From positions 1,550,001 through 1,614,000 of the forward strand of contig NC_086108.1 of assembly GCF_963921235.1 (NCBI RefSeq): 64,000 nt of DNA, in the 5' to 3' direction. The notes beneath the pieces were generated by a model. The model made no database searches. It saw nothing but the letters and a program-made list of their open reading frames with translations, and was not told where the DNA came from. The stretch is from Mobula hypostoma (lineage: Eukaryota). The position numbers and the translations under genes are program-made. Of this stretch, positions 1-12,879 are shown piece after piece. The first letter of the stretch is position 1. Every line of letters begins with the position of its first letter.

Positions 1-693
1 GTGGATGCGTTGCCTGGTCTGGTGGTAGAGGCAAATACATTAGAGGTTTTTAAGAGACGTTTGAATAGGAACATGGATGCAAGGAAGATGGAGGGATATG
101 GACGGTGTAGGGAGGAGGGATTAGTGTTTGTTGTTTTTGATTTGCTTTTTAGTTGATCTAGCATAACATTGTGGGCCGAATGGCCTGTTTCTGGCTGTAT
201 GGTTCTATATTTACTAATGACATAATGAATTGAATGAACTTCTTACAGAAAACTGAACTCCAGTTGCTGATCGCTGGTGCTGGAAAGTGTCATGCTGACT
301 GCTACACTATCATGGTCTCAGCTCAAAACGTCAATAGTTTGGTCATTTCCATTGCCGCTGCTCGACCTGCTGAGTTCCTCGTGTGTTTTGTGCTAGTTAC
401 TAATATGGCCCCCGGTTGCGGCCCCGATTCTTTTACAGCACGAGCGAGCTTCTTTTGAATCCCACCGCTGTCTGTAAAAAGCCTCAGAGTTGTAAACTCA
501 GCTAGCTCCATCACTGGAAGTAGCCTCGCCACCATCCACGACATCTTCAAAGAGTAACGCCTCAAAAAAGAAATGTGGCATCCACCATTCAGAACCCCAC
601 CACCCAGGACAGGCCCTCTTCTCATTCCTACCATCAGGGAGCCCAAAGACACACTCCCAACCTTTTTGGAACAGCGTCTTCCCCTCCGAGACC

Positions 694-1320
694 TTAGCCT
701 TTGTTAAAATCCTTTTCCTCGAGTTTTATTTCAATGGCTTTCTGTTCCAGGTGGTCCCAAAAGCCATTGGCACAGCACAGTAGCTTTCTGCTGGTGAAGT
801 CAATCCTACGGCCATTGTGAATGCAGTGCTCTGTTACCACCCGATCTCTCTGGGTAAACCAAACAGGTACACGTCCTGTGCTCCTCGATGCACCTTTCCA
901 CTGTGTGTCCCACCTGGCCAATATGCCTTGCTGTGCATTCACAGGGAATCCTGTAAGTGTCTGCCGACCCGAGTCCCAGGTCAACTTTGACCTGCATAAG
1001 CTGTGATTTGAGCTTTCTTATGGGTTTGTGGATGGTATAAATATGGTATTTCTTTAGGATCCTAATAATTCTTCCAGAAACCGTGGAAAAATAGAGAAGC
1101 CAGGCTAACGGAAAAGAAATTCAACAAAGATGAAGGTCTCACTCTAACTAAGACCTGGAATTCGATTGTAAGCAAGGTGGGAGACTGGAAACCTGATTGG
1201 ATGAGGTCTAACCAATCAGAAGGGATGGATGACAGGGGTGCAAATACCACCGGACTAGACATGCCCAGGCAACATCCCTGAAGAAGATGGCAGAGACTGT
1301 CATCAAAAACAATTAGTTAT
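694..1320. mobile_element. Penelope-like element remnants: GIY-YIG on minus, plus an inverted C-terminal/pLTR piece on plus
   Basis: Minus: YRIPCECTARHIGQV...RCIEEHR and KAIEIKLEEKDFNK. Plus 1090-1320: EKKFNKDEGLTLTKTWNSIV followed by a hammerhead-like motif. Confidence 0.75.
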
Positions 1321-1887
1321 AATTGATACCTGTGCCCATCTGAAAGCCTGAGAAGAGTTTATTTGTAAGAGGGAGAGTTTTACATTGATGTTCAGGATTT
1401 TAAAAAAGCGGTCAGTGTTTGTACCAGGTTGGTGTTTGAAGTAGGTACAACAGTGGTGTTTAAAAGATGCTCAGAAGGTGTATGGAATAGAGGGATTTGC
1501 ACCATGTACAGATACAATAGGTTAGGTTTAACTGGGCATTGCACACAGGAGTCACGTTACAGGCTGAAGGGCCTATTCCAGAGTTATGTTAGACCGTAGA
1601 CTATGACACAGGAGCAGAATTAGGCCATTCAGTAAAGTGAGTCTGCTCCGGGATTCAATCATGTCCGACTCTCCTGCTGTCTTCTCGTAAGCTTTGACCT
1701 TCTGACTCATCAACTTCCACTTTAAATAGACCCAATGACTTGGCCTCCACAGCATCTCTGTGGCAATGAATTCCAAAGATTCAGCACCCTCTGGATAAAG
1801 AAATTCCTCCTCATCTCCGTTCTACAGTGACACCCTCTGCTCTGTCTCCCTCCCCTCCACACCTAACAGAGTGGGTACTGCACTCAC

Positions 1888-2435
1888 CTGGACGGTGGGG
1901 AGGGTCTTGTTGAGTTCTGTCGTACTCTCTCCGGGGATGCTCCCTGCCGACCGACCCTCGCACTCGTAGCGGAACCTCATTCCCCGCTGCTTTGGCTGCT
2001 CTATGACGACCAGCTTGGGCTCCTCCCCGTCGGGCAGGCCCCCCGGGCCCTGCAGGGGCAGGCACCTGGGAGCGGGCCGTGAGGACGCGGAGCTCCTGGT
2101 CGCCCTCCCTGCTGCTCTGTGCTTGGCCTCGGATGAGCCGGCCCCACTCCTGGCTGCCGAGGCTGGGTTGCCCGCGCCCCTGCTGCCCAGTTGGGCGGTC
2201 CGGGCAGCTCTAGGGGCCAGACGGGGCGAGCCTGTGCCCCGGGCGACCAGCTGAGGGCCGTCCATACCCATGGCCAGGAGATTGGCGGACGAACAACCCC
2301 ACCCGGGCACGGTGTCCATCAGCTGGTTCCGGATCTCTCCGATCTGTGCGTTGCTATAGTCGCACGGCAGCGAGGTTGGAAACTCCCTCCCCTCCTCCAG
2401 GTCCTTCAGGATATATTCATTTAAAATATTCAGAT
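1888..2435 (-). CDS. relb: RelB-like exon: N-terminal extension plus start of the Rel homology domain
   Basis: Acceptor cttttcccttcgcAG|ATCTG, donor CAG|GTGAGT, 548 nt open. Reads [12 protein letters not shown]...[11 protein letters not shown]...[52 protein letters not shown] (RelA/c-Rel have YKCEG), the long N-terminal extension and the ILNEYI / PQLVARG motifs (mammalian RELB IIDEYI / PRLVSRG) point to RelB. Confidence 0.92.
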
Positions 2436-3199
2436 CTGCGAAGGGAAAAGAAACAGCTGCATTTAGCTCAGGCAGACCAAGTGTTTGTTCGGTTTTCTAG
2501 TTGATTGTGAACGTTGTGGGCATGCTGTGCTGGTTGGTGTCAGAATGTGGGCTGCCCCCAACACATTCTTGAGTGCATCGGTCACAAATAGAAATGGCGC
2601 ATTTCCAAAATGTTAGTATTTTATTTATTTTTTGAGATACACTGTGGAACAGTCCCTTCTGGCCCCATGAGAATTGCCCACCAGCAATCCCCAGATTTAA
2701 TCCTAGCCCAATCATGGGATCATTTACAATGACCAAGTAGAATGACTTCGGACTGTGGGAGGAAACCAGAGCACCCGGAGGAAACCCACGCGGTCACGGG
2801 GACAACGTACAAACTCCTGACAGACAGCGGCAGGAATTGAATCCGGGTCCCTGGCACTGCAAAGTGTTGTGCTATGACACCGCGCCTCCCCATGTGCACG
2901 TGCTAATTAAATGAGTCTGAATACCTGGCCCAAACAGCTTGAATGAAAGAAAATTGACCTGTATTTATAAAGTCAAACCCTGTGAGTCTCCGGGCGAGGG
3001 ACTGGGGGGTTGGAGGTCAGAGGTCCAGTGGCAGCCAGTACTGGGGTTAAAAGGCCTGAACGTGTGTGTGCATGGGTGGGGTTGGGGGGAGGGACCTGTT
3101 TGGCCACTGCTGCTCTTGTTGTTGCTGTTGTTATTTTGTTGTCCTGCATGGTGTATTGGCACCGGAATGTGCAGCGACACATTAAGGTTTGGTTTGTTA

Positions 3200-3620
3200 G
3201 TCCTCCAAGAGGACCACAACCTTGTCGTTGGGTTTGGAGGCTCGCATGCCTCAATGATCTGGAGAGCAATGTTGGCTGGAGTCAGGGCCTTGTGTTTTGA
3301 CTCTTGGTGGGGTCACCCATGCCAAACTGGTCAAAGGGTAGAGGCCAGACTAAGAGTGGCTCACCAGCCCTCCAGGTTTGGGGGTTCAGCCCAGGGCCAA
3401 CAACCCTGGCTCGTAAAACAAGCCTGCTATGGAAACAGCAATGAAGAATCCTTCTAAATCTCAGTGGGATGGTATTCCTGAGTCTCCATCTGGGACTTGC
3501 ATGACTGACAGTCGTGAAAACCGAGGGGAAGCTGCTGACATGATGAAAGAAGCCACGAACACCGCCAGAGATGGGGGACCTTCATTCCTGCCCTAAACGC
3601 CAGCGGTGTAACAGGCAGTA
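3200..3620 (+). mobile_element. RTE-like LINE 5' region fragment
   Basis: CCTTGTCGT...CTCAATGATC...GGTCACCCATGCCAAACTGGTC...CCAGAC resembles RTE-clade 5' sequence; recognised from memory only. Confidence 0.45.
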
Positions 3621-3871
3621 TGGTTTGTTAATGCAAACGATGAGATTCACTGTAACCTTTGACGTACATGTGAATAATGAATAAACCTGAGTGGTGACCC
3701 TTAGACTCGAGGCGGGAAGACAGCTTCAGCCGTGTGCTGAAGGAGCTAGTCAAAGAGGACAGAATACAAGGTTTTCCCAGTCTGAGCCTCAGCACTGGTT
3801 TAATTATCTGTACCTTCCATGGGTCTCTTCCCAATCGGATGAGGAATTCTTTCAGATGAGAACCTACTCAC

Positions 3872-3907
3872 CGAAATTCTGATCTGCTTGGAGATACGGA
3901 CCGGGAC
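3872..3907 (-). CDS. relb: RelB-like 36-nt micro-exon ((G)PGPYLQADQNF(D))
   Basis: Minus strand ttttattttattcccctcAG|GTCCCGGT...AATTTCG|GTGAGT: good pyrimidine tract and consensus donor. Symmetric phase 1-1, stop-free, in frame with the next exon. Confidence 0.7.
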
Positions 3908-6250
3908 CTGAGGGGAATAAAATAAAACCAAAATAAGTTAATTTAGAGTTTCGTCCCATCAGTCTCCTCATAACTAAAATGTGCCAGAAGTAACAATTAA
4001 GCCCAATTTTTATTTTACTTAGAGATGCAGCAGGGTAACAGGCTCTTCCAGCCCAACATAGTATACCTCCCAATTACAGCCAATGACAGAATCAGAACAA
4101 GGTTTAGTATCACCGGCATATGTAGCCAAATTTGTTATTATGAGGCATAATAAAAATTGTAAATTACAGGAATATATAGTTGTGTATTTAATATTTCAAT
4201 AATATTTGAGTCATTTTTTGTATATACTGGTTAATTGAGCTTCCTTGTTTGTGCAAGTACGTATATATATCCGGCCGATTGTGCAGTGGCATCAGCACCA
4301 GACTTCGAGGCAAATGATCCTGGGTTCTAATCCGGCCAGTTACCTGGACACTTTCAATCCTAGCTGGATTGAGTATTGAACTAGCAACTCGATCTCATAA
4401 GACAAAAAACAGACAAAATGCTAAAATAACGGCAAGTTTGTCACCCAATGTGCTATAAGGCGCAGAGAGGAACAGCAATGAATACATGAATTGTACACTT
4501 CACGTGATACTGCACGCCTTGCTTAAAGTAAAGTCAAAGTCAGGCCCGCATTTCAGACTCCCATGTCTTCGTTTCAATTTGTTTAACGTTTTGAAGTTAC
4601 AAAACATAACATATTAAAAAAGTTAAATTAAATAAGTAGTGCAAAAATAGAAATAAAAAGTAGTGAGGTAGTGTTTGTGGGTTCAATGTCCATTCAGAAA
4701 TCGGATGGCAGAGGGGAAAAACCTGTTCCTGAATCACTGAGCATCTCTCTTCAGGTTCCTGTATCTTCTCCCGATGGCAGCAATGAGCACCTACTGACCA
4801 GTGAGAGGACACTGGAGCACCCGGAATAAACCCACCCACCCAGGCAGGCAGGCAGGCCTCCAAACCCAGAGCAAGCTGCTTCCAGCCTTCCAACCTCCAT
4901 CCCTCGGCCCCAGACACTCGGATTGGACCTCCAGCCTCTGGATAAGCCAACCTAGAGACTTCGACCCTCAGGCCTAAACAGCCTTGCGTCTCACTAACAT
5001 CGAGAGCCAATTCAATAGCACAGCTAGAAACGTGCCCTTTGGCCTACTTATCGAGCATCTACTTAACACTAAATCCATTTTATTCCACCATATTCCAGTC
5101 GAGTCTCTTCCCTCCACCCCCACATTCTACCCCTCATCGACACACTTGTGGTAATTCACAACAGCAATCTACCAATCCACAAGCCTCTGGGTTATTGAAG
5201 AAAATCCACACGTTCATGGAGAGAACATGCAAACTTTCTGGATGCGGAGCAGAGTAATGACGGTGCTAAACGGCGACTCCTTTGCTTGCTTCGTCAGAAA
5301 CAGCTCGATTTGCATCTTTAGTATCTTTATTTTCCCCTTTCAGGGTTCTTTTGAAGACCCTGACCTGGAGATACATGTTGACTTTGGTTCTTTGTGGGAA
5401 TGGGACCCGCTCTCGGGGTTTCACAACCGGCCATTGTTGTTTGGCACACCAGGGGCGTGGCCCAAGGGTCCGGCTCAGATTTGGAAGCCTAGGATCTCGG
5501 GGCTTTGGAGACGGGCGGATCGAGGGTTGGTGTCACGGCAGGAGACCCGTGTGCTGTCAGGGGAGTCAAAGTATCTATGGCTGTGTGCCTGGAGACCCGG
5601 GATCTCCGAGATCTTCAGGCACAGAGCTTGAAAAAAGCAACGTAATGGACTTTTAACATCGTAAGCGAGCCAGTTGTTTGTTATGTCTCCCTGCTTGCCA
5701 GGAAAACGGTGACACCTCCTTCTCCCTTATTAGGGGGAGAGAGAGAGCCTGTGATATGTCGTATACCAGGTGAAATACGAAGTCTTTGGGGTAACTGCAA
5801 GTTTGTGTCTTTGCTATTGCTTTGCTCGTGCTTGAATGCTCAGTGGTGAGTGCTGATGCTTTTTTTTGCCAGTGGGGGGAGGGGGGATTGTTGCTTGCTG
5901 CCGCTTACGCGTGGGAGGGAGGGGAGCTGGGGAGTGGGACTTTGGGGTTCTAACATTTATCTGTCGTTCATTCTTTGGGGCACTCCTCTGTTTTCGTGGA
6001 TGGTTGTGAAGAAAAAGCATTTCAGGATGTACATGGTATATATTTCCCTGACATTAAATTGCACCTTTGAACTCCACACAGACAGCGCCGGTGGTCAGGA
6101 TCGAACACGGGTCCCTGGAACTGCAAGCTGGCGGCTCTACCCTCTGTGCCCAGAGCGACTGATCCAACCTATACTGGATTACCCAGTCAAGAGAGAAATG
6201 CAAAGTTTCACAAATGTCTCCCTTCAATTTTCCGGATGCCGTCCTCATCA

Positions 6251-6490
6251 AGGGCGGCACTGTAGTGTAGTGGTTAGCACAATGGTTTACAGTACGGGGG
6301 ACCTGGGTTCAATTCCCTCCGCTGCCTGTAAGGAGTGTTACGTTCTCCCTGTGACTAAGTGCTCCGGTTTCCTTCTACAGTCCAAAGATTTACTGAGTGG
6401 CAGGTATTGTAAATTGTCCCGTGATTAGGTTAGGGTTAAATCAGGTGTTTGCTGGGCAGCGCAGGGCCTTTTCCACGCTGTATCTCAGTA
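6251..6490 (+). mobile_element. tRNA-derived SINE
   Basis: A-box-like TAGTGTAGTGGTTAG and B-box GGTTCAATTCC. Related copies at ~2640-2880(-), 15720-16040(-), 17105-17390(+), 26790-27110(-), 31890-32370(-). Confidence 0.75.
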
Positions 6491-6619
6491 ACTAGACCAC
6501 AAGACCAGACCATAAGACATAGGAGCAGAATTAGACCATTTGGCCCATCAAGTCTGCTCTGCCATTTCATCATGGCTGATCCATTTTCCTCTCAGTCAAT
6601 GCCTTCTCCCCATATCTCT

Positions 6620-7270
6620 TCAAGCCCCGACTAAAATCAAGAATCTAACAACCTCTGCCTTAAATATACCATATGTTTTAGCCTCCAGTGCCGCCTGTGG
6701 CAACAAATCCCAGATTCATCACTCTGGCCAAAGAAATTCCTCCTCATCTCCATTCTAAAAGGACACCCTTCTATTCTGAGCATAAAAAAAAGAGAAAATT
6801 TGCAGATGCTGGAAATCCAAGCAACAGACAAAACGCTGCCTGTTGTCCTCTATTCAGAGGGTGTGTCTTAGACTTTCTCACCATCGGCAACATCCTCTCC
6901 ACGTCCACTCTATCAAGGCCTTTCAACATTCAATAGGTTTCAATTAGGTCACCTCTCATTCTTCTGAATTCTAATGAGCATTGGCCCAGAGCCATCAAAC
7001 GCTCTTCATATGACAAGCCATTCAATCCTGGAATCATTTTTGTGAACCTCCTTTGAACCCTCTCCAGCGTCAGCACATCCTTTCTAAGATAAGGGGCCCA
7101 AACCTGCTCACAATACTCCAAGTGAGGCCTCACCAGTGCTTTATAAAGTCTCAACATTACATCCGTCCTTTTATATTCTAGACCTCTTGAAATGAATGCG
7201 AACATCGCATTTAACTTCCTCACCGCAGGTTCAACCTGCAAGTTAACCTGCAGAGATTCCTGCACATGGA
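6620..7270 (-). mobile_element. CR1-type LINE 3' fragment
   Basis: LYKALVRPHLEYCEQVWAPYLRKD...LERVQRRFTKMIPG...MRGDLIETY. Confidence 0.9.
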
Positions 7271-8109
7271 CTCTGGCCCCTGAAAGTAGCAGTCACAGGA
7301 CATGGTCGGTGTGGTAACGTAGAGGGGAATTCAGGGGGTTGAGCAGCATCTATGGAGGCAGAGAGATGGCCAAAGTTTCTGGTCATCTGCTGGAACCGTG
7401 ATGTAGGCTCTTGAGCTGAAATACCGAACACCTGTTTGCCTCCACAGGGGCTGCCCGACCCGCTGAGACCCCATCAGACCACAAGATACAGGAGAAGAAT
7501 CTGGCCATTTGGCTCAATTCACTGACGACTGACATTTTTCAAGTTCAAAGTACAATGCACAACTTTAATATTTCTCTTCTTGCAGACAGCTGCAAAACAA
7601 AGAAACATCACAGAGCTCATTTAAAGAAAAGCCCCTAGATATCGAGACCATCAGACAACAAAAAAAAGAACAAATCGCACATGTAGAAGTATATATTACT
7701 ATACATTACATCGAGATTCATTTTCTTGCAGGCATTTACAGGCTTCAACCCCATGTGACAGAACGTAGAACGGGACAGGCCTGGCCCTTCAGTCCACCAT
7801 GTTGTACCGACCTTTTAACCAATTCTAAGAACAATCCAACTCTTCCCTCCCTCACAACCCCTCCATTTTCTATCATTTAAGTCTCTTAAGTGTCCCTAAT
7901 GTATCCATCCCTACTACCACCCCTAGCAGCATGCTGCACGCTCACCTCATTGTGCAAAAAGAACTACCTCTGACAACCCCCCTCTATTCTCAATCACCTT
8001 AAAATTATGCCCCCCTCATATTAACCATTTCTGTCCTGGGAAAAACATTGGCTGCCCACTCAATCAATCTCTCTCACTGTCCTATGCACCTCTAACAAGT
8101 CAAACACTC

Positions 8110-9150
8110 ACTCCCCTGGGGTCGTCTAGAGTGCCCGGTGCTCCCGAGGTGGCCTCCTCTACATTGGTGAGACCCGTTGTAAACTGGGGGACCGCTTCGC
8201 CGAACACTTCGTTCCATCTGCCACAAGTGGGACTTCCCAGTAGTCAAACATTTTAATTCCCATTTCTGTTCAGACATGTGGCTCCATGGCCTCCTCTTCG
8301 GCCAAGGTGAGGCCACCCTCAGGGTGGAGAAGCAACACCTTATATTCCATCTGGGTAGCTTCTGAACTGATGGCATGAATATCGATTTCTCCTTCCAATA
8401 AAAAGAAAATCCCTTCCTCTCCCCTCTTCCTCTATTCCCCACTCTGGCCTTTTACCTGCCTATCACCTCCCCTGGGTCCCCACTTCCCTTTCTCCTCTGG
8501 TTCACTCTCCGCTCCTATCAGACTCTTTCCTCTCCAGCCCTTTACCTTTCCCACCCACTTGGCTTCACCCCTCACCTTCCAGCCAGCCTCCTTCCCTCTC
8601 CTACATCCTGTGCCTTATGAGAATAGGTTGAGTGAACTTGGCCTTTTCTCCTTGGAGTGACGGAAGATGAGAGGTGACCTGATAGAGGTGTATAAGCTGA
8701 TGAGAGGCATTGATCGTTTAGATACCCAGAGGCTTTTCCCCAGGGATGAAACGGCTGCCACAAAAGGACACAGGTTTAAGATACTTGGAAGTAGATACAG
8801 GGGAATGTCAGAGATAAGGTTTTCACAGAGTGGTGGATGCATGGAACGCATTGCCAGCGAGGGTGGTAGAAGCAGATACAATAAAGAGACTTACATAGGT
8901 ACATGGAGCTTAATAAAATAGAGAGCTATGCACTAGGGAAATTCTAGGCATTTTCCAGAGGAGGTTACATGGTCAGCACAACATCGTGGGTCGAAGGGCC
9001 TGTAATGTGCTGTAGATTTCTGTGTTCTATTTTGGTGTCTTCCCCCTTCCTTTCCAGTCCTGATGAAGGGTCTCGTCACAAAACGGCAAGTGTCTATGCA
9101 TTTCCACTGATGTCGACTGACCTGCTGAGTTCCCCCAGCATTTTGGGTGT
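8110..9150 (+). mobile_element. Penelope-like element 3' part (GIY-YIG, CT-rich tail, hammerhead-like motif)
   Basis: LLYIGETRCKLGDRFAEH, VVKHFNS, EKQHLIFHLGS, DGMNIDF. CTGATGAAGGGTCTCG at 9060. Confidence 0.8.
8605..9030 (+). mobile_element. CR1 3' fragment nested within a Penelope-like element
   Basis: MRGDLIEVYKLMRGIDR, nearly the same as 19765-20205. The Penelope CT-rich tail is interrupted near 8600 and resumes near 9035. Confidence 0.85.
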
Positions 9151-9829
9151 GTTACATCCATCCCCATTGACTCTGCCTCAGTGGCAACACGTTCCACAGA
9201 TTCACCTCTTTTCTGAGGTTGTGCCCTCAGATTCTGGACTCTGCTATTAATGAAGACGTCCCCTCCTCATCCACTCTATCCAGCCCCTTCTGAATCCAAT
9301 CAGATCCTCCACTCATCTTTCTGAGCTTCACTGAGTACAGGCCCAGAGCCATCAAAAGCTCCAGCAGATGAACTGTTGATGGACAAACCATACCAGACTT
9401 GACTAAACCAAAGCAGAAAATGCTGGTAACACTCAATGGGTCAGGCAGTGGCCGGAGGAGAGAAAGCAGAACAGAGTGAAAATTATAGGTCACCTTCTGA
9501 TGAAGGGTCTTGGCCCAAAGTTCCTCCCTGCACTTGGCACATCGGGCAGCAAGCTTACCATCTCTTGAGCATTTGTCTGATACATGAGGTAGAGTGTCTA
9601 GCTCGCCACTCAACGCAGCACAGATGGAGAGCACAAAGGCGCCAGCCAGGTTCGAACCCGAAGTCCGGTGCAAATGCCAGTACATCACCAAAGACATCCA
9701 GCTAAAAATGTTGACCGGTTATTCCCCTTTATGGATGCTGCCTGACCTGCAGTTTCCTTCAGTATTTTGAGTGCATTACTCTGGGTTTCCAGCATCTGCA
9801 GAATCTCGTGTTTACAACCTGTCTTCTAT

Positions 9830-10150
9830 TCCATCATCGCACCTGAAACAATGAACCCTTCCACCAACTGAGATGTCAGCATCCAGAGTTTTAAATAGGA
9901 AACACATGGCATGCAAGAAGCATGGTTTTCTGCAAACAATTCTACAAACAGGCACATGGACTTCGATCCCATTTATAAGCCAATGCGGGCAAAATTCCAG
10001 CCAACGCACGGAGTTCACCACGCAACCAATCAGCAAGGAGACCCCGACCCTATGTCACAGCTGAGTTTCTGTAATCACAACCAATCGGCTGATTGATAAG
10101 TATATAAAGGTTCAGCATTCAGCGAGCACTCTACAAGTGATCAGCTCACT
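9830..10150 (+). mobile_element. Penelope-like C-terminal fragment
   Basis: EAWFSANNSTNRHMDFDPIYKP resembles the GIY-YIG C-terminus; related to 22480-22600 on the minus strand. Confidence 0.6.
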
Positions 10151-11129
10151 GACGTGTGCAGCGATGGATTGCCAAGATCAGAGAACCACTCAAGCCAACC
10201 AAAAGAGAAACTCACCCAAAACAGACCTGTCGCTGTACTCGGGCCTCAAGCAGGTACAAGTGACAACTTGGCTCTTCACTGGAGAAGCCTGCCAGTCATA
10301 CTAGACCATCCCACGTGGCAGGTCAGTGTACACTGATCCGACCAGGATGCCGTCCGCATTTTAAACTTTGTCTACGACAGGAAGTGAAACCAGGGAAGGA
10401 ATTGCAGTCCGCGGACGACGTCAGCAAGGGGTCAGTTTCCACCGCACTGGCCCCCCGCCTCTCATTCCTCCAACACAACTGCTGCCCGAAATTACTACCG
10501 ATAATTCCCCGGTTTCCTCCCCACCCTCCCTTCGAGTGACATTTCCTTCCTGGTGGTTGAGCTAGGCCAGGTGGCAAAGGCAGAATTCACAGAAAAGGGA
10601 AGCAGTGGGAAGTACGTTCAGTGGGAGCAGCAGGCCTCTCCCCATTACATAATTCTGAAGAACACGCAAGTCAGTCCGGGTCGGGACTGTTTAGTGTTGT
10701 TGAGTTTATCAGGAGACAGACAGCCTGGTTTAGGATGATTTTCGAGCAAGGATTGCCCTTCCAAGTGGCAGAGTGGTTAGGACCGCTTCCCCACTGGCAT
10801 GGCACTCTCTGCGTGGAGTCTGCACGCTCCCCACATGGCACCACGGGTGTTGCCGATTCCCCAGGGGTCGGGGTGTTACTCACCCCAGGGCATGGGGAGA
10901 TTAGAATAAGATTGGCGAAATAGGCTAGCACTGGTCCTGTGGGCTGAAAGGCCTTCCCTCACACCATATGACTGAGTGGGCGATGAATGGAAACCTCATC
11001 TTGGCTGCCCAAAAATGCCTTTCAGCTAAGAGTCGTCAGGAAGTGCACAGCAGCATCCCGCAAAACACAACCATCCTGTCCAGACAACACGACTCGGTAC
11101 TGTGAAGAATGGTTTAAACTTCGGCCTCT

Positions 11130-11560
11130 TGGTTTTGAACATTTAGCATTGGAGAGGGTACTGACGTGGTTCATGAGAGTGATCTCAGGAACAAAGTGGT
11201 CAGCGTATCAGGAACAATTGTACTCACTGGAGGAATGAGGGGGATCTCATTGAACCCTATCAGATATTGAAATGGCTAAATGGAATTGATGCGGAGAAGA
11301 TGTTTCCACCAGTGGGGGCCGGCGGGGCTGGGGGGGGGTGGAATCTAGTACTTGAGGGAGTAGAAGATGAGGAGGAGTAATTTCTTTAGCCAGGGATGAA
11401 ATTTATGGCCACAAATGGCTGTGGAGGCCAAGTGATTGGGTATATTTAAAACAGAGGTTGATAGGTTCTTGATTATTAAGTGCATCACAGGTTACAGTGG
11501 GGCTTGAGAAGGAAAATAAATCAGACATGATGAAACGGTGCAGCAGACTCGATGGGCTCA
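11130..11560 (+). mobile_element. CR1 3' fragment
   Basis: Degenerate match to the other CR1 3' ends (ttggagagggtac..., gtggaggccaagtgattgggtatatttaa). Confidence 0.7.
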
Positions 11561-11829
11561 ATGGTCCAGGGAGCGGGAAGCGCAGAACCAAATATCGCTG
11601 TGATGATTGTACGTTCTAGTATCAATTGTTTGGTGACAATAAAGTGTAAGTATGCTCTAATTGTGCTCTTGGATCTCACATCTGTGACCAAGAAAGTTAC
11701 AAGGGGTCCAGGTCCAATCTCCAGAAAGCCATCTCACAGGCAAAGTGGCAATTCTAGCCATAAGACAAAGGAGCAGAATTAGGCCATTTGGCCCATCGAG
11801 TCTGTTCTGCCATTTAATATGGCTGATCC

Positions 11830-12800
11830 ATTTTTTTGTCCTCAGCCCCACTCCCCAGCCTTCTCCACATAACCATGACCAATCAAGAACCTATCAATCT
11901 CTGTCTTAAATACACCCAGTGACCTGGCCTCCACAGCTGCCCGAGGTAACAAATTCCACAAATTCACCACCCTCTGGCTAAAGAAATTTCTCCGCATCCC
12001 TGTTTCAAATGGATGCCCCTCTATCCTGAGGCTGCGCCCTCTTGTCCTAGACTCTCCCACCATGGGAAACATCCTTTCCAAATCTACTCTGCCTAGGCCT
12101 TTCAACATTCAAAAAGTTTCGGTGAGATCCCCCCCCTCACCCTTCTGAATTCCAGCAAGTACAGACTCAGCGCCATCAAAAGTTCCTCGTATGGTAACCC
12201 TTTCACTCCCAGAATCATCCTCATGAACCGTCTCTGGACCTTCTCCTATGCCAGCACATCTTTTCTCAGATGAGGAGCACAAACCTGTTCACAATACTCA
12301 AGATGAGGCCTCACCAATGCCTTATAAAACCTCGGCATCACATCCTTGCTCTTGTATTCTAGACCTCTTGAAATGAATGTTAACATTGCATTTGCTTTCC
12401 TCACCGCCAACTCTACCAGCAAGTTAACTTTTAGGGAGTTCTACATAAAGACTCCCAAGTCCCTTTGCAGCTCAGATTTTTGGATTTTCTCTCTGCTTAG
12501 AAAATAGTCTGCATATTTATTTCTACTACCAAAGTGCATGACCATACATTTTCCAACATTGTATTTCATTTGCCACTTTCTTGCCCATTCTCCCAATCTG
12601 TTGAAGTCCTTCTGCATCCTGTTTCCCTTAGTACTACCTGCCCCTCCATCAATCTTCATATCACCTGCAAACATGGCAACAAAGCCTCTATTCCATCATT
12701 TAAATCACTGAAATACAGCATTGAAAGAAGTGGTCCCAACACAGCTCCCCTGCAGAACACCACCAGTCACTGGCAGTCAACCAGACAAGGATCTTTTATT
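11830..12800 (-). mobile_element. CR1-type LINE 3' part, decayed
   Basis: MFAGDMKIDG (FADD-like), EWARKWQMKYNVGKC, RRNFFSQRVVNLWNLLP. Confidence 0.9.
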
Positions 12801-12879
12801 TGGACTAAACTTGAATCAATGAAGGATGCTCGATAGTTCTGGCAGGGCTTGAATACTATCATTTCTTATAAAGTTAAAT

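Noticed and set aside
1888..2020. Assignment as RelA or c-Rel because of GSIPGE
   Set aside because: YECEG, the long N-terminal extension and the EYI and LVARG motifs fit RelB better. A phylogeny would be decisive.
4270..4345. tRNA gene
   Set aside because: Only degenerate A/B boxes and no convincing cloverleaf; more likely a SINE head.
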